Positions 41,670-44,464 of a stretch of DNA of 44,464 bases are shown in pieces (the stretch's first letter is position 1; every line of letters starts with the position of its first letter). This stretch comes from an uncultured virus (IMG/VR IMGVR_UViG_2061766007_004279). Its lineage: Duplodnaviria > Heunggongvirae > Uroviricota > Caudoviricetes. The notes under the pieces are model-generated. The model did no database searches. It worked only from the letters and a program-made list of their open reading frames with translations, and was not told where the DNA came from. The stretch lies in IMG/VR virus record IMGVR_UViG_2061766007_004279; one strand, 5' to 3'. The position numbers were made by a program, and so were the translations under genes.

Positions 41670-42587
41670 ATGCCTGATTTCAATGCGTGGAAGACCGATA
41701 ACTACAAGTTCGTCGGCAAGGCCTTCGACTTCGCCTACGCGGATCGGCTGAACAAGCTGAGCCCCGTCATCGGCGAGGTCAACGCCAAGAGCATCGACTA
41801 CGAGCTCACCGGCTCCGGCGGATACGGCGAGCTGGCCCGGTACGACGGGAAGAACCTCAACGAGGGCAGCCTGCACCGGGGCTTCAAGACCATCCTCCGT
41901 CCCGACGAGTTCACCATGTCCGTCCCCGTGGGCTACAAGGCCGCGAAGATCGACAAGATGGGCGAGACCCGGAAGGTGGGCGCCAAGCTGGGCGACAGCG
42001 CCGCCATGACCGTGTACCTGCACGTGCTGCGGATGTTCGCCCACGCCTGGGACAGCAACTACACCGGCGGCGACGGCGTGANNNNNNNNNNNNNNNNNNN
42101 NNNNNNNNNNNNNNNNNNNNNNNNNNNNNNNNNNNNNNNNNNNNNNNNNNNNNNNNNNNNNNNNNNNNNNNNNNNNNNNNNNNNNNNNNNNNNNNNNNNN
42201 NNNNNNCCCGACGGCATGCCGTTCCTCTGTGACTTCGACACGGTGCTGATCGCGCCGGAGCTGGAGGAGAAGGCCAAGAAGATGTTCGGCGAGAACGCCC
42301 GGCTCATGCCGACCAAGGATCCGTTCTCTTCCGACAACGGCGCCAACCCCGTCTATGGCATGCAGTACATCGTCATGGGCGGCGGCGCGGACGGCTTCAA
42401 GTCCACCCAGTGGGCGGTGTGCGACCGCCGGCTCATGAAGGAGCTGGTGAACATCGTCTACAACACCCGGCCCACCGTGATGCAGAGCCAGCTGGACAAT
42501 CCGCTGGTGGACATGTACACCGCGTACGTGGACTTCGCCTGCGGCTGGGGCGATGCCCGGCAGATCATCTTCGGCGATCCTTCCTGA
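41670..42587 (+). CDS. Major capsid protein (HK97 fold, Mu gpT-like)
   Basis: About 305 aa; GGDGV, DTVLIAPELEEKAKKM, DFACGWGDARQIIFG. Confidence 0.8.
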   Translation: MPDFNAWKTDNYKFVGKAFDFAYADRLNKLSPVIGEVNAKSIDYELTGSGGYGELARYDGKNLNEGSLHRGFKTILRPDEFTMSVPVGYKAAKIDKMGETRKVGAKLGDSAAMTVYLHVLRMFAHAWDSNYTGGDGVXXXXXXXXXXXXXXXXXXXXXXXXXXXXXXXXXXXXXXXXXXPDGMPFLCDFDTVLIAPELEEKAKKMFGENARLMPTKDPFSSDNGANPVYGMQYIVMGGGADGFKSTQWAVCDRRLMKELVNIVYNTRPTVMQSQLDNPLVDMYTAYVDFACGWGDARQIIFGDPS

Positions 42588-42659
42588 TCGGCCGGAGAGC
42601 GTGAAAAGTAGCGGGAGGGGCAGGCGCCCCTCCCCTACGGGCTAAAAGGAGGATAGAGC

Positions 42660-42935
42660 ATGTTTAAGATCGAGAAGGTCGTGAAGGCGACGGCGGGCAC
42701 TACGGCCAGCACCGTGGAGGTCCACGGGCTTGCCTGCCTGATCCAGAACCTGAGCGACAGCGCCACCGTGTACTTCAAGGAAAAGCGCCACGACGGCAAG
42801 GCAGCGACCGCGTCCAACGGGTACGCCATCGGACCGGGGAAGGAGACCGTGATCCCCATGGTGGCCCTGGATCTGAGCATCGTGGCCAGCGCTGCCAGCA
42901 CGGACGTGCGGGTGCTGATCCTGGATATGGGGTGA
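42660..42935 (+). CDS. Small beta-rich structural protein
   Basis: RBS AGGAGG; LIQNLSDSATVYF..GYAIGPG..DVRVL. Confidence 0.65.
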   Translation: MFKIEKVVKATAGTTASTVEVHGLACLIQNLSDSATVYFKEKRHDGKAATASNGYAIGPGKETVIPMVALDLSIVASAASTDVRVLILDMG

Positions 42936-42940
42936 GAGGC

Positions 42941-43386
42941 ATGGAAAACGTGTGGAAGGCACTGATCGCGGCGTGCCTGGCCGCGCTGGGAGCGTATCTC
43001 CGGCAACTGGCCGCGCCGCTGGCCGTGCTTATCGCGGTGATGCTGCTGGACTGGATATCCGGCATCAGCGCCGCCTGGAAGACGGGAACGCTGGACAGCC
43101 GGATCGGCATCATGGGGATCCTGAAAAAAGTGGGATACCTGCTGATCGTCGCTGTCGGTATGGTTCTGGACTACCTGATACACATGCTGGCCGGGGAGTT
43201 TGGCCTGGTCCTGGAGGGAACGTACTTTGTAGGGCTTGTGGTAATAATCTGGCTGATCATCAACGAGTGCATCAGCATTTTGGAGAACACCGCCGAAACC
43301 GGCGCGCCGGTGCCGCCTTTTGTACAGAAACTTTTGGAACGGCTGAAACGGCACACGGAGGAGATCGCGGGGGAGAACACCCCCTC
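42941..43386 (+). CDS. Holin (TcdE/Phage_holin_4_1-like); end in gap
   Basis: Three hydrophobic segments; LDWISG, GILKK, INECISILEN, PVPPF. Confidence 0.88.
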
Positions 43387-43545
43387 NNNNNNNNNNNNNN
43401 NNNNNNNNNNNNNNNNNNNNNNNNNNNNNNNNNNNNNNNNNNNNNNNNNNNNNNNNNNNNNNNNNNNNNNNNNNNNNNNNNNNNNNNNNNNNNNNNNNNN
43501 NNNNNNNNNNNNNNNNNNNNNNNNNNNNNNNNNNNNNNNNNNNNN

Positions 43546-44154
43546 CAGAGCACCTACACCGGGAATATGTGGAATGACTTTCTCGCCCACGGGTTCCGGG
43601 TGGTCGGAGACGTGGATCTCTCCACCGGCGCGGGGCTGCAGCGGGGGGACGTGCTGCTGAACGTGCAGAGCCATGCCGCCATCTGTCTGGGAGGCGGAAG
43701 GATCGTACAGGCCCGGACCAACGAGCTGGGCGGCGTCACCGGCGGCAGGAGCGGAGATCAGACCGGCCGGGAGATCTGCGTCGGCGGGTATTTCAACTTC
43801 CCGTGGGACGTGGTGCTCAGGTATGAGGGGGACACCTCATCCGCCCCTGGCGGGGCACCTTCCCCTCAAGGGGAAGGCGTTTACGTGGTGCAGAGCGGGG
43901 ACAGCCTGTGGAAGATCGCGGAGGCGGTGTACGGGGATCCCTGGAAGTACCACGAGTTGGAGATCGCCAACAACACCAAAAACGCCGTGATCTATCCCGG
44001 GCAGGTGCTCATCATCCCCGGCATCGGGCAGAAGAAGGTCACGCTCACCGTGGAGGTGGAGGCGGAGACCGCCCAGCTCCTGCGGATCATGGCCCAGGGC
44101 AACGGAAAGAGCGTCGGCGAGATCATCGATCTGCTGCTGGAGGACGCGAGGTAA
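43546..44154 (+). CDS. Endolysin B: NlpC/P60-like amidohydrolase, LysM and an RHH-like tail (start in gap)
   Basis: TYTGNM..LQRGDVLLN..HAAI..GDQTGREI..YFNFPWDVVLRY; LysM YVVQSGDSLWKIA..IYPGQVLIIP. The linker 43832-43878 is a family-1 repeat. Confidence 0.82.
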   Translation, partial: QSTYTGNMWNDFLAHGFRVVGDVDLSTGAGLQRGDVLLNVQSHAAICLGGGRIVQARTNELGGVTGGRSGDQTGREICVGGYFNFPWDVVLRYEGDTSSAPGGAPSPQGEGVYVVQSGDSLWKIAEAVYGDPWKYHELEIANNTKNAVIYPGQVLIIPGIGQKKVTLTVEVEAETAQLLRIMAQGNGKSVGEIIDLLLEDAR

Positions 44155-44193
44155 AAAAACAGGGCGGGGGAGGACTCCGCCCTGCTTTACCAG

Positions 44194-44364
44194 TCGATCA
44201 AGACCCGCTGACGCTGGGCTCTTGATCGAGAGGGATGCGGCCCGGAGCCGCGCACTCGCTGCGCTCGCACACTCCCGGGCCGAGAAGAGTTTTCCGCGAG
44301 GTACACGCCCCCGCGGAAAACGATCTGGATTTGTTCGCCGTGCGCGGCGAATTCTGCGAAGCAA
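44194..44364 (+). repeat. Family-3 multi-hairpin element, copy 2
   Basis: Aligns with 6571-6740. Confidence 0.85.
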
Positions 44365-44374
44365 GGAGGACGCC

Positions 44375-44464
44375 ATGACATTAGGGGAAGCCAAGGAAAA
44401 GGTCTATATGCTTCTTGACGAGCACAGCGCCGGCGGCGAGGTGGAGCACGACGAAGACATCGAG
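44375..44464 (+). CDS. Head-tail adaptor, 5' fragment that closes the circle
   Basis: MTLGEAKEKVYMLLDEHSAGGEVEHDEDIE; 44417-44464 is identical to 5635-5682. Confidence 0.8.
   Translation, partial: MTLGEAKEKVYMLLDEHSAGGEVEHDEDIE

Noticed and set aside
2664..43878. Palindromic repeats as a CRISPR array or as terminators
   Set aside because: They are dispersed with no repeat-spacer periodicity and no cas genes. Most lack a T-tract and many are inside ORFs.

Overview
A gapped scaffold of a temperate, high-GC tailed phage. The host is probably a Bacillota/Clostridia organism, inferred from sigma-A-like promoters, strong GGAGG ribosome-binding sites, PcfJ, DUF3102 and a TcdE-type holin. Positions 5635-44464 form one near-complete circular genome: the last 48 nt are identical to 5635-5682, giving about 38.8 kb including N gaps. 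Its order is adaptor, tail-fibre cassette, portal, nozzle, ejection proteins, serine integrase, HicA-HicB plus a third gene, cI/cro switch, early genes, HUH Rep-like gene, terminases, scaffold, capsid, holin and endolysin. Positions 1-5634 are homologous genes from one or more related phages, apparently co-assembled, so alleles can be compared inside the window. No tape measure is recognisable, which suggests a podovirus-like virion. Highlights: (1) a probable HicA-type toxin-antitoxin-chaperone (TAC) locus; (2) a roughly 2,900-aa virion protein carrying a low-GC RelA/SpoT-like plus LPD3-like cassette; (3) several families of short structured repeats, one with 14 same-strand copies, eight of them read through inside ORFs including TerL, portal and endolysin; (4) an Acb2/Tad1-like sponge candidate; (5) a candidate attP inside the integrase 3' end. 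All family calls come from motif recognition by eye. N gaps shift frames, so many ends are approximate.
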